Shown: in pieces, positions 17,598 through 27,768 of the stretch
Layout: the number at the start of each line of letters is the position of its first letter
Numbering within the stretch: the stretch's first letter is position 1
Assembly: GCA_016199585.1 (NCBI GenBank)
Contig: JACQGM010000334.1
Location: 1-40,016, forward strand
Length of the DNA: 40,016 nucleotides
Origin: Armatimonadota bacterium
GTDB taxonomy: Bacteria > Armatimonadota > JAAZEB01
Direction of reading: 5' to 3'
Program-made: the position numbers and the translations under genes
Notes under the pieces: model-generated
The model's database searches: none
Told to the model about the DNA's origin: nothing
What the model saw: the letters and a program-made list of their open reading frames with translations, nothing else

Positions 17598-19655
17598 TCA
17601 ACCGGACGCGGCAATCACCTCCGGCCGCCAGTCAGCCGGGGCGCCCGCGCGGTGGGCCGCGGCCCGGTAGCCTTCGGTGAAGTCGCCGGGGGCGACCGGC
17701 TCGCCGCGGGCGTCGCAGGGCGCCTCGAAGCAGGTGGGGCGCGGCGCCAGGCAGGCTCCGAGCTCCGGGAGGTCGCAGTCGGGGAGCAAGCCCCAGGCCA
17801 TCCACTGCAGCCCGAAGCGGTCGCGGTTGTAGAGGCGCGTCTCCACCAGGCTGCGGTAGGAGGCGAGCATCCCGGCGAAATGGAGGTCGCTGAAGCCGGG
17901 CTCCAGGGCGGCAGCCAGGTAGCCGAGGATCGCCCCGGTGCCCACCCCCACCAGGCCGATGCGGGCCGCGTCCACGTCCGGGCGCGTGAGGAGGTAGTCG
18001 TAGCCCCGTAGGACGTCGAAGACCCGAAGGCCCAGCGTGGAGATGCCGAGCATCATCGCATCCGATGCGAGGCGGTACTCGTTGCCGGTGGGCGGCGTCG
18101 TCAACTCCGGCGCCACGGCGCCGGTCGCCCGGGCGTCGAAGACCAGGAGGCGATGGCCGGCGGCGAGGAGCCGCTCGAGGCGGGGGCGCTCCGCCGGGAT
18201 GTCGTTCGTGCCGTGCTCCAGGAGGACCAGGTCGGTCTGCGCCACGGTCTCCCCGGCGGGCGGGTGGATCATGACCGCGGCCGCGGCGATCTCCGGGGCG
18301 CTGAAGAAGTATATCTTCTCGCAGGGGTAGCCGTCCACCGTCTCCTCGTGGATGACGCGCGGATAGATTGTCCGGTATCGCCCCCCGGGCACGCCCAGGA
18401 TCGCGGCGAGACGGCTGCGCCGCTCCGGGGGCGAGAGAGGAGCGCGCTCTTTGCCGCGCGCAGCCATACGCTCGCGGCCCAGATCGAAGACCGTGCGGCT
18501 GTTAGGGAAGGCATCCAGCACCTTGCCGGTGGGCGTGACGTAGAGCGCCTCTTCCGTGAGGATGTCGCGCTCGATGGCTCGATAGCCGGAGTCCGTTCCG
18601 ACGAGGTGCTTCAGGAAGAAGCGCACCACCGCCTCACGCATCGGCGCCGGATAGGTGTGGCGCACCGGCGAGATGGAGAGCGCCAGCCGCTCCTCCGCCC
18701 CGTAGAGAGCCCACGCCGCGCGGGCGCGCTGCACGCTCTCGATGGTGCCCTCAATCGGGAAGAAGTCGTAGGCGGCGGCTCCCACAATCACCGGCTTGGG
18801 GGCCATCGCTCTCAGGTAGTCGTCGTGGTCCGGGCCGAAAGCGATGGCGCCGCGCACGATCTGCTCGCCATCCTGGGGCTGCCCCGTTTTCAGGTAGGTT
18901 TCCAGGGAGGTGACGAAGGTGCAGGGGGCGGCCGCGGCGAGGCGCGGCTCGGCGAGCATCAGGAAGCAGCTCTGCGTGCCGCCGCCGGAGTTGCCGGTCA
19001 CCGCGATGCGCGCGGGGTCCACCTCGGGGCGGCTGCAGAGGTAGTCCACGCTGCGGATGCCGTCCCAGATGAAGTTGCGGGCGACGCTGCCGCCGGTCAG
19101 GACGTGCTGGAGTCCGGAGTGAGTGTGCTCGGTGGTGCAGCCGCCGATGAGTCGCTGTTGGGTCGCCGGATCCCAGTACTGGAATCGCTCGCCCTGGCCG
19201 ATCGGGTCCATGAGGAGGGCGACGAAGCCGTTCTCGGCGAGACTGGCGCAGAGGGTCTGCTCCTCGAAGTAGGCCTTCCCCAGGTCGGTGTGGCCGATGA
19301 CGAAGAGCACGGCGGGCGCCGGCCGGGCCAGGCTCTTCGGCACGTAGAGCGAGGCGGTGACGTAGAACTCCGGCTGGCTCTGGTAGAGGGTCTTCTCGAT
19401 GGTGAAGGACCCGCGGTCAATCGTTCCGGTACAGGTTGCGCGCAGTGGGGTGCGCTCCTCGGGGAGACCCCCGATCGCCTCGAGGAATCGCTCGCGGACG
19501 CGGTCGCGGTACGCCTCGAAGTCCGCCCGTGTGGTCAGCGCCGCCTTCTCCCGCTCGCGCTCGCGGAAGCGCACCGTGGCCCGGCGCCGCAGGTCGGCAG
19601 CCATCTCGCCGCTCGCGCTGTGGTAACCATCCAGGCTCCGCTTGAAAGTCAGCAT
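17598..19655 (-). CDS. acetylxylan esterase-like tandem alpha/beta hydrolase
   Basis: GNSGGG nucleophile elbow in domain 1; second degenerate domain (GVGTGA). ATG 19655 with RBS GGAGG. Confidence 0.85.
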   Translation of the reverse strand: MLTFKRSLDGYHSASGEMAADLRRRATVRFREREREKAALTTRADFEAYRDRVRERFLEAIGGLPEERTPLRATCTGTIDRGSFTIEKTLYQSQPEFYVTASLYVPKSLARPAPAVLFVIGHTDLGKAYFEEQTLCASLAENGFVALLMDPIGQGERFQYWDPATQQRLIGGCTTEHTHSGLQHVLTGGSVARNFIWDGIRSVDYLCSRPEVDPARIAVTGNSGGGTQSCFLMLAEPRLAAAAPCTFVTSLETYLKTGQPQDGEQIVRGAIAFGPDHDDYLRAMAPKPVIVGAAAYDFFPIEGTIESVQRARAAWALYGAEERLALSISPVRHTYPAPMREAVVRFFLKHLVGTDSGYRAIERDILTEEALYVTPTGKVLDAFPNSRTVFDLGRERMAARGKERAPLSPPERRSRLAAILGVPGGRYRTIYPRVIHEETVDGYPCEKIYFFSAPEIAAAAVMIHPPAGETVAQTDLVLLEHGTNDIPAERPRLERLLAAGHRLLVFDARATGAVAPELTTPPTGNEYRLASDAMMLGISTLGLRVFDVLRGYDYLLTRPDVDAARIGLVGVGTGAILGYLAAALEPGFSDLHFAGMLASYRSLVETRLYNRDRFGLQWMAWGLLPDCDLPELGACLAPRPTCFEAPCDARGEPVAPGDFTEGYRAAAHRAGAPADWRPEVIAASG

Positions 19656-19753
19656 CGCGTTCCTCCCGTCATCCCGGGGTCCAGCCCCTGATAGGGGGCG
19701 CAGTAGCGCATGATCTGCTCTTCGAAGGTGATACCGGGCTCGTTCATCTCTGT

Positions 19754-19975
19754 TCACCGTTCCGCGGCGAAGAGCGCCGCCACTTCCTCGGCGCGCAGCA
19801 CCCTGCGGTAGAGGCGCGCCTCGCGCACCCTGCTCCGTCCATCGAAGAGGGCGCCGCACGGACTCCACTCCACGTGGCGGGCGGCGCCGTGGTGGCCGTT
19901 GCCCGATACATCGCGGGCGCTCCCCGGGAGCGGCCAGTGGGCCGCCAGTTCCGGGGCCGGATCGTGGCTCATCAT
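19754..19975 (-). pseudogene. LamG/concanavalin-A-like domain gene with its core deleted
   Basis: LamG N-terminal signature (AHWPL...ARDVSGNGHHG...ALFDG) joined directly to the C-terminal signature (RLYRRVLRAEEVAALF) in 73 aa. Confidence 0.65.
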
Positions 19976-20039
19976 CACTTCTCCCCAACGGCGCCGCCTG
20001 CACCCGCGCGTGCCGCGGCAAGACATCCGCGGCGATCGG

Positions 20040-20897
20040 TTACTCGGCCTCTTCGATGTACGGCTGCGGGTCACGAGTCATGGTCATGTTCATCAGGGCG
20101 ATCACGCTGGTGGGGTGGGTGTCCCGGGTGACGGCCTTGCAGGGCCACGGCTCACCCTTCTTGAACTCGGTGCCCTGCCGCCAGATCACCGCGCGCTCAA
20201 AGGGAGGGCTCAGCTTGATGAGGCCGAAGTCCTCCTCTTTGGCCCGCCGGATCGCTCTCTCCGCCCCCTCCCGGATCAGGTCGCGCGACTTCGCCGGGGA
20301 GAGGTGGATGGCGCCGGCGTTTCTGGCCCGGTACTGATCGGGAGTACACTCATCGCCCTTGCCCGGCCGGATGCCCCACTTGACGGTGACGGTTTCGATG
20401 CCGGGGAACAACGCCTCGGCTTCCTTGCAGAACGCCGCGTCGCCGGAGCCGAAGATGGCGCGCTTCCCCAGCTCGCAGCCGCACAGCGCGCTCTGGCCGA
20501 ACTCGCCGACGGAGATCCCGTTGATCGACACGTCTATCAGGGGCATGCCCTGGGTGTGGCAGAGGTGGGCGTACTCGGTCCCTGCCTTCGCGTGCTGACC
20601 CACCCAGGCCATGACGTCGTAGAGATCGCCCAGCGTTCCGTACCCGGTGGAGCCTCGCTTCAGCTTCGCCTCCTTGTGGAGCAGCTTGGGGTTCATCCCT
20701 CCCGGCCCGTGGCCGTCGCTCACCAGGATGTCGGTGGCCCCGCCGGCCAGGAACCCGTCAACGGCGGCATTCACCTCCAGCGTCAGCAGCTCCTTGGCAT
20801 CCTCGTAGTAGCGAGAGCCAGCAGCCGGAAGGCACCAGTCGGAGGAGTTCAGCACTCCGGCCACGCCCTCGAGGTCGGTCACGATGAGGATTTTCAT
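20040..20897 (-). CDS. M55 family metallopeptidase (DppA-like D-aminopeptidase)
   Basis: MKILIVTDLEGVAG, EVNAAVDG, SDGHG, VGQHA..G....HLCHT, GEFG, SGD motifs; RBS AAGGAG. Confidence 0.92.
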   Translation of the reverse strand: MKILIVTDLEGVAGVLNSSDWCLPAAGSRYYEDAKELLTLEVNAAVDGFLAGGATDILVSDGHGPGGMNPKLLHKEAKLKRGSTGYGTLGDLYDVMAWVGQHAKAGTEYAHLCHTQGMPLIDVSINGISVGEFGQSALCGCELGKRAIFGSGDAAFCKEAEALFPGIETVTVKWGIRPGKGDECTPDQYRARNAGAIHLSPAKSRDLIREGAERAIRRAKEEDFGLIKLSPPFERAVIWRQGTEFKKGEPWPCKAVTRDTHPTSVIALMNMTMTRDPQPYIEEAE

Positions 20898-21140
20898 GGT
20901 CTTCTCCTTCATACCGCACGGCGGCCACGGACGGAGCAGCGCCCCTGCGCACCGCGCCGGTTCCGTGGGTGCGGTCAGATCCTGCTTCGCCGGTGGCGGG
21001 GGATTCCCTGCCTGCCCGAAAGGGGTTCGACCGGAGGGCGTGGAATGCTCAGGGGTGGGACGGCCGGCCCGGCCCGGAGCTCGGGGAGCGAGAACCCCCG
21101 CGCGAGCTCCCGGCGCCGGCCGGGAGAGTGGAGGAGTTCG

Positions 21141-22187
21141 ATGAGCAGGAGAGATGGGACCACAGCAGCCGCGCTGCCGTGGCTGGCGGAAGTCCAGACC
21201 CCGCCGGCGTCTCTGCCGGCAGACGCGCCGCGCCTGAGCCCGTTGATGGTGGACGGCGCGGGTCGGCCCATCGCCACCGTCGCCGCCTGGGAGCGGCGGC
21301 GGGCCGAGCTGCGCGAGCAATGGCTCGACTACATGGGGCGGTTCCCGGAAGAGCGCGGCCCAGTGAGCCTGACTGTCCTGGAAGAGGACCGCGACACGGG
21401 TTGCGTGCGCCAGCTCGTGCAGTACGAGTCGGAGCCCGGCCTCCCCGTGGAGGGGTACCTTCTCTTCCCCGAGAACCCGGAAGGCTCCGTGCCGGGAGTG
21501 GTGGTGCTGCACTCGACCATCACCTACAGCATCCGGCAGCCGGCCGGGCTGGAGGGGCCGGAATCGCTCTTCTTCGCGCTGAAGCTGGCGCAGCGAGGCT
21601 ACGCCGCCTTCGCGCCCCGGTGCTTCAGCTTCCAGTACCGAGAGCCGGGCTCTCGCGACGTGATGGCGTGCGTTCACTGGCTGAAAGCGCGGCGCCCGGA
21701 CGTGCGCGGCATGGCGAAGCTCCTCCACGACGCCCGGCGCGCCGTGGACGTCCTCGAGAGCCTCCCCATCGTAGACCGCGAGCGCATCGGGGCGATCGGG
21801 CACTCCCTCGGCGGCAAGGAGGCGCTCTACCTGGCGGCGTTCGACGAGCGGGTGAAGGCGACGGTGAGCAGCGAGGGCGGCGTGGGCCTTGCATTCTGCA
21901 ACTGGCACGCGCCGTGGTACCTCGGGGAGGAGATCCGTCGGGAAGGCTTCCCGATGGAGAATCACCAGGTGCTGGCGCTCGTGGCGCCGCGCGCGTTCCT
22001 GCTCCTGGGCGGCAACCACTCCGACGGCGACCGGAGCTGGCCGTTCATCGAGGCGGTGCAGCCGGTCTACCGCCTCTACGGGGCAGAGGAGCGCATCGGC
22101 CTGCTGAACCACCGGCAGGGGCACGCCGTGCCGCCGGAAGCGGGAGAGCGCGCCTATGCCTGGCTGGATCACTTCCTGGGGGAGTGA
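21141..22187 (+). CDS. dienelactone hydrolase / alpha-beta hydrolase family protein
   Basis: GHSLGG nucleophile motif, AAFDERV, LVAPRAFL, C-terminal GH; RBS GGAGGAG before ATG 21141. Confidence 0.85.
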   Translation: MSRRDGTTAAALPWLAEVQTPPASLPADAPRLSPLMVDGAGRPIATVAAWERRRAELREQWLDYMGRFPEERGPVSLTVLEEDRDTGCVRQLVQYESEPGLPVEGYLLFPENPEGSVPGVVVLHSTITYSIRQPAGLEGPESLFFALKLAQRGYAAFAPRCFSFQYREPGSRDVMACVHWLKARRPDVRGMAKLLHDARRAVDVLESLPIVDRERIGAIGHSLGGKEALYLAAFDERVKATVSSEGGVGLAFCNWHAPWYLGEEIRREGFPMENHQVLALVAPRAFLLLGGNHSDGDRSWPFIEAVQPVYRLYGAEERIGLLNHRQGHAVPPEAGERAYAWLDHFLGE

Positions 22188-22296
22188 GGGTCCTTATGGG
22201 TCTTGCCGACCAAAGCCGGTAGTCGTCGTTCCGGCGCGGGGCGGCGTGTCCGCCGTAACCCCGTGCTCGCCGCGGCGGCGCCAGATGGAGCGCCCA

Positions 22297-23319
22297 ATGA
22301 ACTCACGAGAGCGCGTGCAGGCGGTTCTCCGGCACCGGGTTCCCGACTCGGTGCCACACGGCCTGTACGACGTCACGATTGAGAATTACAACGACACCAC
22401 GCTGGAGTTCTTCCAGAAGATGACCGGGAAGCACCCGCGCGACTGCTTTCGGCACGACATTCGGAACGTGAACATGAAGGCGATCCCGCGCGCTCCCGAT
22501 CCTGGGCCGCGCGACCGCGCGCCGGACGGCCGGTCCTGGCGAGCCGTGATGTCCGAAGTCGAGTCCGTGGACGACCTGCGGAGGACCGGGTTCTACGAGG
22601 CATGGGTACCCACACCCTGGCGGGTGGAGGATGTCAAGCCCCAGATTGACGCGCTGCACGCCGACGGTTACGCCTGCTTCGGGGGCATCCAGGGCACGAT
22701 CGGCATGACTGTCTGGCGCTTGAGGGGACAGTCGCAGTTCCTGATGGACCTGGCCGACCGGCCGGCGTGGCTCGAGGTCCTGCTGGACTGGGTTACGGAG
22801 GCGACGATCGCGGACATGTGCGTCTCCGCCCGGGCACACCCCGACATCCACTGTTTGTGGGACGACTTCGGAACGCAGCGGGGTCTGCTGTTCTCCCCAC
22901 AGACCTTCCAGGAGCTCTTCGTGCCGCGATACAAGCGGGTCGTGGACGCGATCAAGCGCGTGGATCCAGAGGGGGCGGTCTTTTACCATTGCTGCGGCGA
23001 CGCGACGCCGATCATCCCCGCCTTGATCGAGGCGGGCATTGACATCCTCAACCCCCTCCAGCCGGAAGCGATGGACCCCGTCGCCGTGAAGCGGGAGTTC
23101 GGGAAGGACCTGGTGCTCTGGGGCGGGCTCGGCGTGCAGAGCACCCTATCGAGGGGCACGCCGCAGGACGTGGACGACGCGGTCGGACGCCTCATGGAGA
23201 CGGTCGGGAAGGACGGCGGGTACATCCTGACCCCGGCGCACATGATCAACCCCGACATCCCGTGGGAGAACATCGTCGCCTTCTTCGAGGCGGCGGAGAG
23301 GTACGGGAACTACGGGTAA
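22297..23319 (+). CDS. uroporphyrinogen decarboxylase (UroD/MtaA-CmuA) family protein
   Basis: MNSRERV start, DDFGTQRGLLFSP, FYHCCG, LNPLQPEAMDP, GGYILTPAH. Confidence 0.9.
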   Translation: MNSRERVQAVLRHRVPDSVPHGLYDVTIENYNDTTLEFFQKMTGKHPRDCFRHDIRNVNMKAIPRAPDPGPRDRAPDGRSWRAVMSEVESVDDLRRTGFYEAWVPTPWRVEDVKPQIDALHADGYACFGGIQGTIGMTVWRLRGQSQFLMDLADRPAWLEVLLDWVTEATIADMCVSARAHPDIHCLWDDFGTQRGLLFSPQTFQELFVPRYKRVVDAIKRVDPEGAVFYHCCGDATPIIPALIEAGIDILNPLQPEAMDPVAVKREFGKDLVLWGGLGVQSTLSRGTPQDVDDAVGRLMETVGKDGGYILTPAHMINPDIPWENIVAFFEAAERYGNYG

Positions 23320-23377
23320 CTCTCGAATGATCGCTCGTGCGGTCGCCGGGATTCCACCGAGCCGGAGAAGGAACCGC

Positions 23378-25606
23378 ATGAAGAATGATCCCACCCTTGA
23401 GTGGAGCTTTCCGATCCCGCGCACCCACTGCGGCGTGGCGCTCGGGAACGGCAACTTCGGCGCCCTGGTGTGGGGCCGGGAGCGCCTGCGCATCACCGTC
23501 AACCGCGCCGACTTCTGGGACCATCGCGGCGGCGAGGCGCTGATCGAGGGCACGACCTACGAGCGCCTCAAAGCCGCCTACGACCCGGCGGACGGCGCCC
23601 GGCTGAACGCCGCCTTCATCCGCGAGAAGCGCCCCGAGGGCGTGAACCGACCCTCCCGGCTGCCGGTTGGCCGCTTCGAGTTGGCGCTCGCGCCGGGCCT
23701 GGCGCCGCGCCGGGCGGTGCTCGACGTCCGCACCGGACGCCTCTCCATCGCGGTGGCGGATGGCGGCGGCCAGCCGGCGGGCACGCTGCTCCTCGTCCTG
23801 GCGCCCGACCGCAACCTGCTCTTCATCGCAGACCCGGACCGCCTGGTCGGGGCGGTGCAGAGCCGTCCCGCCCGGGAGTGGGTGGGGGAGCACCTGACGA
23901 AGTACCGCTTCACCCCCCCGACCGTCATCTCGGGCCCGGAGGGCGAGGGGTGGATCCAGGACTGCCCGGCGGATCCCTCGCTGGCGAGCCTCTGCCGGCG
24001 CGTGCCGGGAGGGTTGGCGATCTGTCTGGCCCTCGGAACCGATGCTGGCGCCGCCGTGGCCGCGGCACGGGCGGAGATCGAGCGGCTGGCCGCTGAAGGC
24101 GCCCCGGCGCTCCTGGAGCGCAGCGACGCCTGGTGGCGCGACTACTGGGCCGGGATGCCCGAGGTGGAGATCCCTTCGGAGTTCTTCACGCGCTTCCTGG
24201 AGTACGCGCTCTTCAAGTTCGCCGGCGCCACCAACCCGAACAGCCCCCTGCCGTCGGGGCTCCAGGGCCCATGGATCGAGGAGTACCAGCCGGCGCCCTG
24301 GTCGGGCGACTACCACTTCAACGTCAACATTCAGCAGATCTACACGCTCGCCTTCCCCACGGGCCGCTTCTCGCACCTGATGCCCCTTTTCGACATGGTG
24401 GATCGATTCCGGCCGGTGATGCGGCACAATGCCCGCGTCCTCTTCGGCATCGAGGACGGTCTCTCGCTGGCGCACGCCGTGGACGACCGCGGCCGCGCCT
24501 GCGGCGGCATCTCTTCCGGGGCGAGCCTGGACCCGGCGGTCTCGGGCTGGACGGCGCAGCTCTACTGGCTCTACTACCAGTACACGTTGGACACCGACTT
24601 CCTGCGCGAGCGCGCCTTTCCCTTCATGGCGGGCGTGATGCGCGTCTACGAGGAGATGCTGGAGGAGAAGGAGGGGCGGCTGTCGCTGCCGCTCGCCATC
24701 TCTGCGGAGTACGCGCAGCCGCTGCCGGGGGGCAAGCGCCAGAACGCGGGGCGGGACCCCTCCAACCAGCTCGCCTGCGCCCACATGCTGGCGGAGGCGC
24801 TGCTCCAGGCCGCGGAGACGCTCGGCGTGCCGCCGCGCCCGATCTGGCGCCGCATCCGGGAGGCGCTGCCGCCCTATACCCTGATCGGCGAGCCGGGGGA
24901 GGAGCGGATCGCCATCTGGGAGGGGCAGGATCTCGACATCTGTCACCGCCATCACGGGCACCTGGCGGCCATCTACCCCTTCGATACCCTCGGTGAGATC
25001 ACGCCCGAGAAACAGCGGGTGATTGACAACACCGTTGACCACTGGATCCTGAAGGGGATGGGTCAGTGGAGCGAGTGGTGCATCCCCTGGGCCGCCATCC
25101 TCCAGGCGCGGCTCGGCTTCACCGAGGCGCCGCGGGTGCTGTTGGAGATGTGGCGCGAGGTCTTCGTCAACGAGGGCCTCACCACCGTCTACCTGCCCCG
25201 CTTCCGCGGCATCACCGCCCACCGCCGCGCCGACCTGGTGAAGCCGAAGGAGACGAGCGAGATCATGCAGCTCGACGGCTGCATGGCGGGCGCCACCGCC
25301 CTCTACGAGATGCTGGTCCACACGCGCGGCGGCGTCACCTACGTCTTCCCCGCCGTCTCCGAGCGCTGGCCGGACGTATCGTTCCGGAACATCCACCTGC
25401 CGGGCGCGTTCCGCATCGCGGGCGCGCGCCGGGGGGGCGTCACCGTCGGCGTCGAGATCGAGAGCCGGCGCGGCGGCACGATCCGTCTGGCCGTGCCCGG
25501 CTGGGAGCGCGCCACGCTGCGGCGCGGCGGCCGCGAGGAGGAGGTCGCCCTGCCCGCCGCCCTGGCGCTCGCGCCCGGGGAGACGGTCTCGCTGCGCGCG
25601 CGGTGA
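23378..25606 (+). CDS. GH95-like glycoside hydrolase (alpha-L-fucosidase-like)
   Basis: LGNGNFGALVWG, LQGPW...WSGDYHFNVNIQ..Y, HRHHGHL..IYP and QLDG motifs. Confidence 0.82.
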   Translation: MKNDPTLEWSFPIPRTHCGVALGNGNFGALVWGRERLRITVNRADFWDHRGGEALIEGTTYERLKAAYDPADGARLNAAFIREKRPEGVNRPSRLPVGRFELALAPGLAPRRAVLDVRTGRLSIAVADGGGQPAGTLLLVLAPDRNLLFIADPDRLVGAVQSRPAREWVGEHLTKYRFTPPTVISGPEGEGWIQDCPADPSLASLCRRVPGGLAICLALGTDAGAAVAAARAEIERLAAEGAPALLERSDAWWRDYWAGMPEVEIPSEFFTRFLEYALFKFAGATNPNSPLPSGLQGPWIEEYQPAPWSGDYHFNVNIQQIYTLAFPTGRFSHLMPLFDMVDRFRPVMRHNARVLFGIEDGLSLAHAVDDRGRACGGISSGASLDPAVSGWTAQLYWLYYQYTLDTDFLRERAFPFMAGVMRVYEEMLEEKEGRLSLPLAISAEYAQPLPGGKRQNAGRDPSNQLACAHMLAEALLQAAETLGVPPRPIWRRIREALPPYTLIGEPGEERIAIWEGQDLDICHRHHGHLAAIYPFDTLGEITPEKQRVIDNTVDHWILKGMGQWSEWCIPWAAILQARLGFTEAPRVLLEMWREVFVNEGLTTVYLPRFRGITAHRRADLVKPKETSEIMQLDGCMAGATALYEMLVHTRGGVTYVFPAVSERWPDVSFRNIHLPGAFRIAGARRGGVTVGVEIESRRGGTIRLAVPGWERATLRRGGREEEVALPAALALAPGETVSLRAR

Positions 25607-25624
25607 GGGGGCGCCCGGCTGATG

Positions 25625-26500
25625 CTACTCGCCCAGCAGGCTCATCAGGGCGCGGGCGGCGGCGGTCAGGTGCTTGCGTCGGTGGTAGGCCAGGCCAAAC
25701 TGCCGCTGGATACGCACTCCCTCGATGGTCACTTCCTTCAAGACGCCCCGGGCCAGCTCGTCGGCAACCGTGAGGCGAGAGAGGATCCCGATGCCCAGCC
25801 CGGCCCGGATCGCCTGCTTGATTGCTTCGGTGCATCCCAGTTCCATCGCCACCCGGTAGGAGATACCCGCGCTTCTCAGGGAGCTCTCGGTAATGGCCCG
25901 GGTGCTGGATCCCGGCTCCCGGAGGATGAGCGACTCCGCGGCGAGGTCGTCGCCCCGAACCGCTTCGCGGTCGGCGAAAGGGTGGCCCGGCCTCACAACC
26001 AGCACCAGCGTGTCGGTCGCCAGCGGCCGCACTACGAGCTCGGGCGGGGCGCACGGCTCGCCCAGCACTCCGAAGTCGCTCTCGTTGGCAAGCAGCCAGC
26101 GCACGACCTGCTCGGTGTCTGCGATGCGCAGGAAGAGATCCACCCCCGGGTACCGCTGCTTGAGCCGTCCCAAGACGGGCGGCAGAACGAACGTGCCGGG
26201 CGTGGTGCTCGCGGCCACGACTACCCGCCCGCGCTCCATCCCCCGGAACTCCTCCATCGCCGACCGGGCTTCCGATGCGGCCATCAGCAGGACGTCGGCG
26301 TGACTGAGGAGGATGCGACCTCCCTCGGTCAGGTAGACCTTCCGCCCCATCTGCTCCAGTAGCTCCACGCCGATCTGTCGCTCCAGTTCCTTCACGTGCG
26401 CCGATACGCCGGGCTGACTGATGCGCAGTTCCTCGGCAGCGCGCGAGTAGCTGCCTCGGCGCGCCACCGCCTGGAACACGCGCAGTTGCTGCAGCGTCAT
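25625..26500 (-). CDS. LysR-family transcriptional regulator (CysL / selenium-metabolism-associated type)
   Basis: MTLQQLRVF...SYSRAAEEL.ISQPGVS HTH; ASTTPG..LP, REPGSSTR, EAIKQAI..GLG; divergent from selD. Confidence 0.92.
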   Translation of the reverse strand: MTLQQLRVFQAVARRGSYSRAAEELRISQPGVSAHVKELERQIGVELLEQMGRKVYLTEGGRILLSHADVLLMAASEARSAMEEFRGMERGRVVVAASTTPGTFVLPPVLGRLKQRYPGVDLFLRIADTEQVVRWLLANESDFGVLGEPCAPPELVVRPLATDTLVLVVRPGHPFADREAVRGDDLAAESLILREPGSSTRAITESSLRSAGISYRVAMELGCTEAIKQAIRAGLGIGILSRLTVADELARGVLKEVTIEGVRIQRQFGLAYHRRKHLTAAARALMSLLGE

Positions 26501-26520
26501 GGGTAATTCATTACCTTTCA

Positions 26521-26537
26521 CTTATACTAAAGATAAG
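26521..26537. promoter_or_regulatory. LysR binding box (T-N11-A dyad)
   Basis: CTTAT-ACTAAAG-ATAAG perfect dyad between lysR and selD; an extended -10 (TGcTACAGT, 26569-26577) follows toward selD. Confidence 0.7.
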
Positions 26538-26703
26538 AAACTGGTATTGGATAATTATACTCCATCTGTGCTACAGTGGGAAGTACAAGGAACGAGAGAT
26601 CGCAGGTGGGCGACGGACGAGCATCGTCCCTCCGCACGGGCGTGGACCGCGCGGGGGCCGCGCTTCGTGTCGGTCCACAGATAGTAAGAGAAAGGGTGAA
26701 GCG

Positions 26704-27768
26704 ATGACAAGCGAAGGGATTCGGCTCACGACGCTTTCGCACGGCGCCGGGTGAGCGTGCAAACTGAGGCCGGCGGACCTCGCGCAGGTACTGCGCCATC
26801 TGCCACCCATCAGCGACCCGGATGTTCTGGTCGGCGCTGCCACCGCCGATGACGCCGCCGTGTATCGTATCAGCGATGATCTGGCACTCGTGTTCACCGT
26901 GGACTACTTCACGCCCGTGGTGGACGATCCTTTTCTGTTCGGCGCTATCGCGGCGGCCAATGCCTTGAGCGACGTTTACGCCATGGGTGGCCGCCCGGTC
27001 CTCGCCCTCAACCTCGCGGGCTTCCCCGCGCGCGACCTGCCGCTTTCGGTCCTGGAGGACATCCTCCGGGGTGGCGCCGAAAAAGCTGTGGAAGCGGGCG
27101 TCGCCATCGTGGGTGGGCACACCATTGATGATGCCGAGCCCAAGTACGGCATGGCGGTGATCGGGTTTGTGCGCCCGGATCACGTGCTTGCCAACGTGGG
27201 CGCCCGGTCCGGCGATGCGTTGGTGCTGACCAAGCCGTTGGGAACAGGGATCGTGACCACCGCCGTGAAGCGCGGCGCGGCCCCCGCGGCAGCGGCGGAT
27301 GCGGCTGTCCGGACGATGGCCATGCTCAACCGTTCGGCGGCGGAGGCGCTGGCGCCCTTCACCATCCACGCATGCACCGATATCACCGGCTTCGGCCTCA
27401 TCGGGCACCTCTGCGAGATGGTGTCCGGCAGCGCCGTGGGGGCAGAGGTCTACGCCGGGGCCGTGCCCCTCCTTCCCGACGTGGTGCCGCTGGCTGAGAG
27501 CGGCATGGTGCCAGGCGGCACCTACGCGAACCACCAGCACTTCGGCACGCACGTTACCTGGGGGGCGGGAGTTGATGAGACCACGCAACTCATCTTGTGC
27601 GATGCCCAGACTTCTGGAGGGCTCCTGGTCGCCTTGCCGGAAGCGGAGGCGCCCGATCTGGTCGCTGCGCTGGAACGAGCCGGAACGCTTGCGGCCGTGC
27701 GGATCGGGCGGATCCTCGCTGCCCCGGAGGGAGCGATCCGGGTACGCAGCGCGAGGGATGAAGCGTGA
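26704..27768 (+). CDS. selD: selenide, water dikinase (selenophosphate synthetase), selenocysteine-containing
   Basis: ATG 26704 reads MTSEGIRLTTLSHGAG-UGA-ACKLRPADLAQVL, in frame with the ORF-track 26860..27768 protein (TVDYFTPVVDDP, AANALSDVYAMGG, GGHT, TDITGFGL, DAQTSGGLL). UGA at 26752-26754 occupies the catalytic Cys/Sec position (U-x-x-K). Confidence 0.96.
26765..26781 (+). other. putative bacterial SECIS hairpin
   Basis: GAGGCC-GGC-GGACCTC stem-loop; the G-initiated apical loop starts 17 nt after the UGA. Confidence 0.6.

Noticed and set aside
19899-22187. Apparent 762-aa and 710-aa overlapping ORFs on opposite strands
   Set aside because: Each is a real shorter gene (21141..22187 plus; 20040..20897 minus) extended upstream through stop-poor antisense sequence; both true starts have clear RBSs.
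26704-26859. selD as a nonsense pseudogene or N-terminally truncated gene
   Set aside because: The UGA falls exactly on the catalytic Cys/Sec codon with a SECIS-like hairpin, and the rest of the gene is intact.
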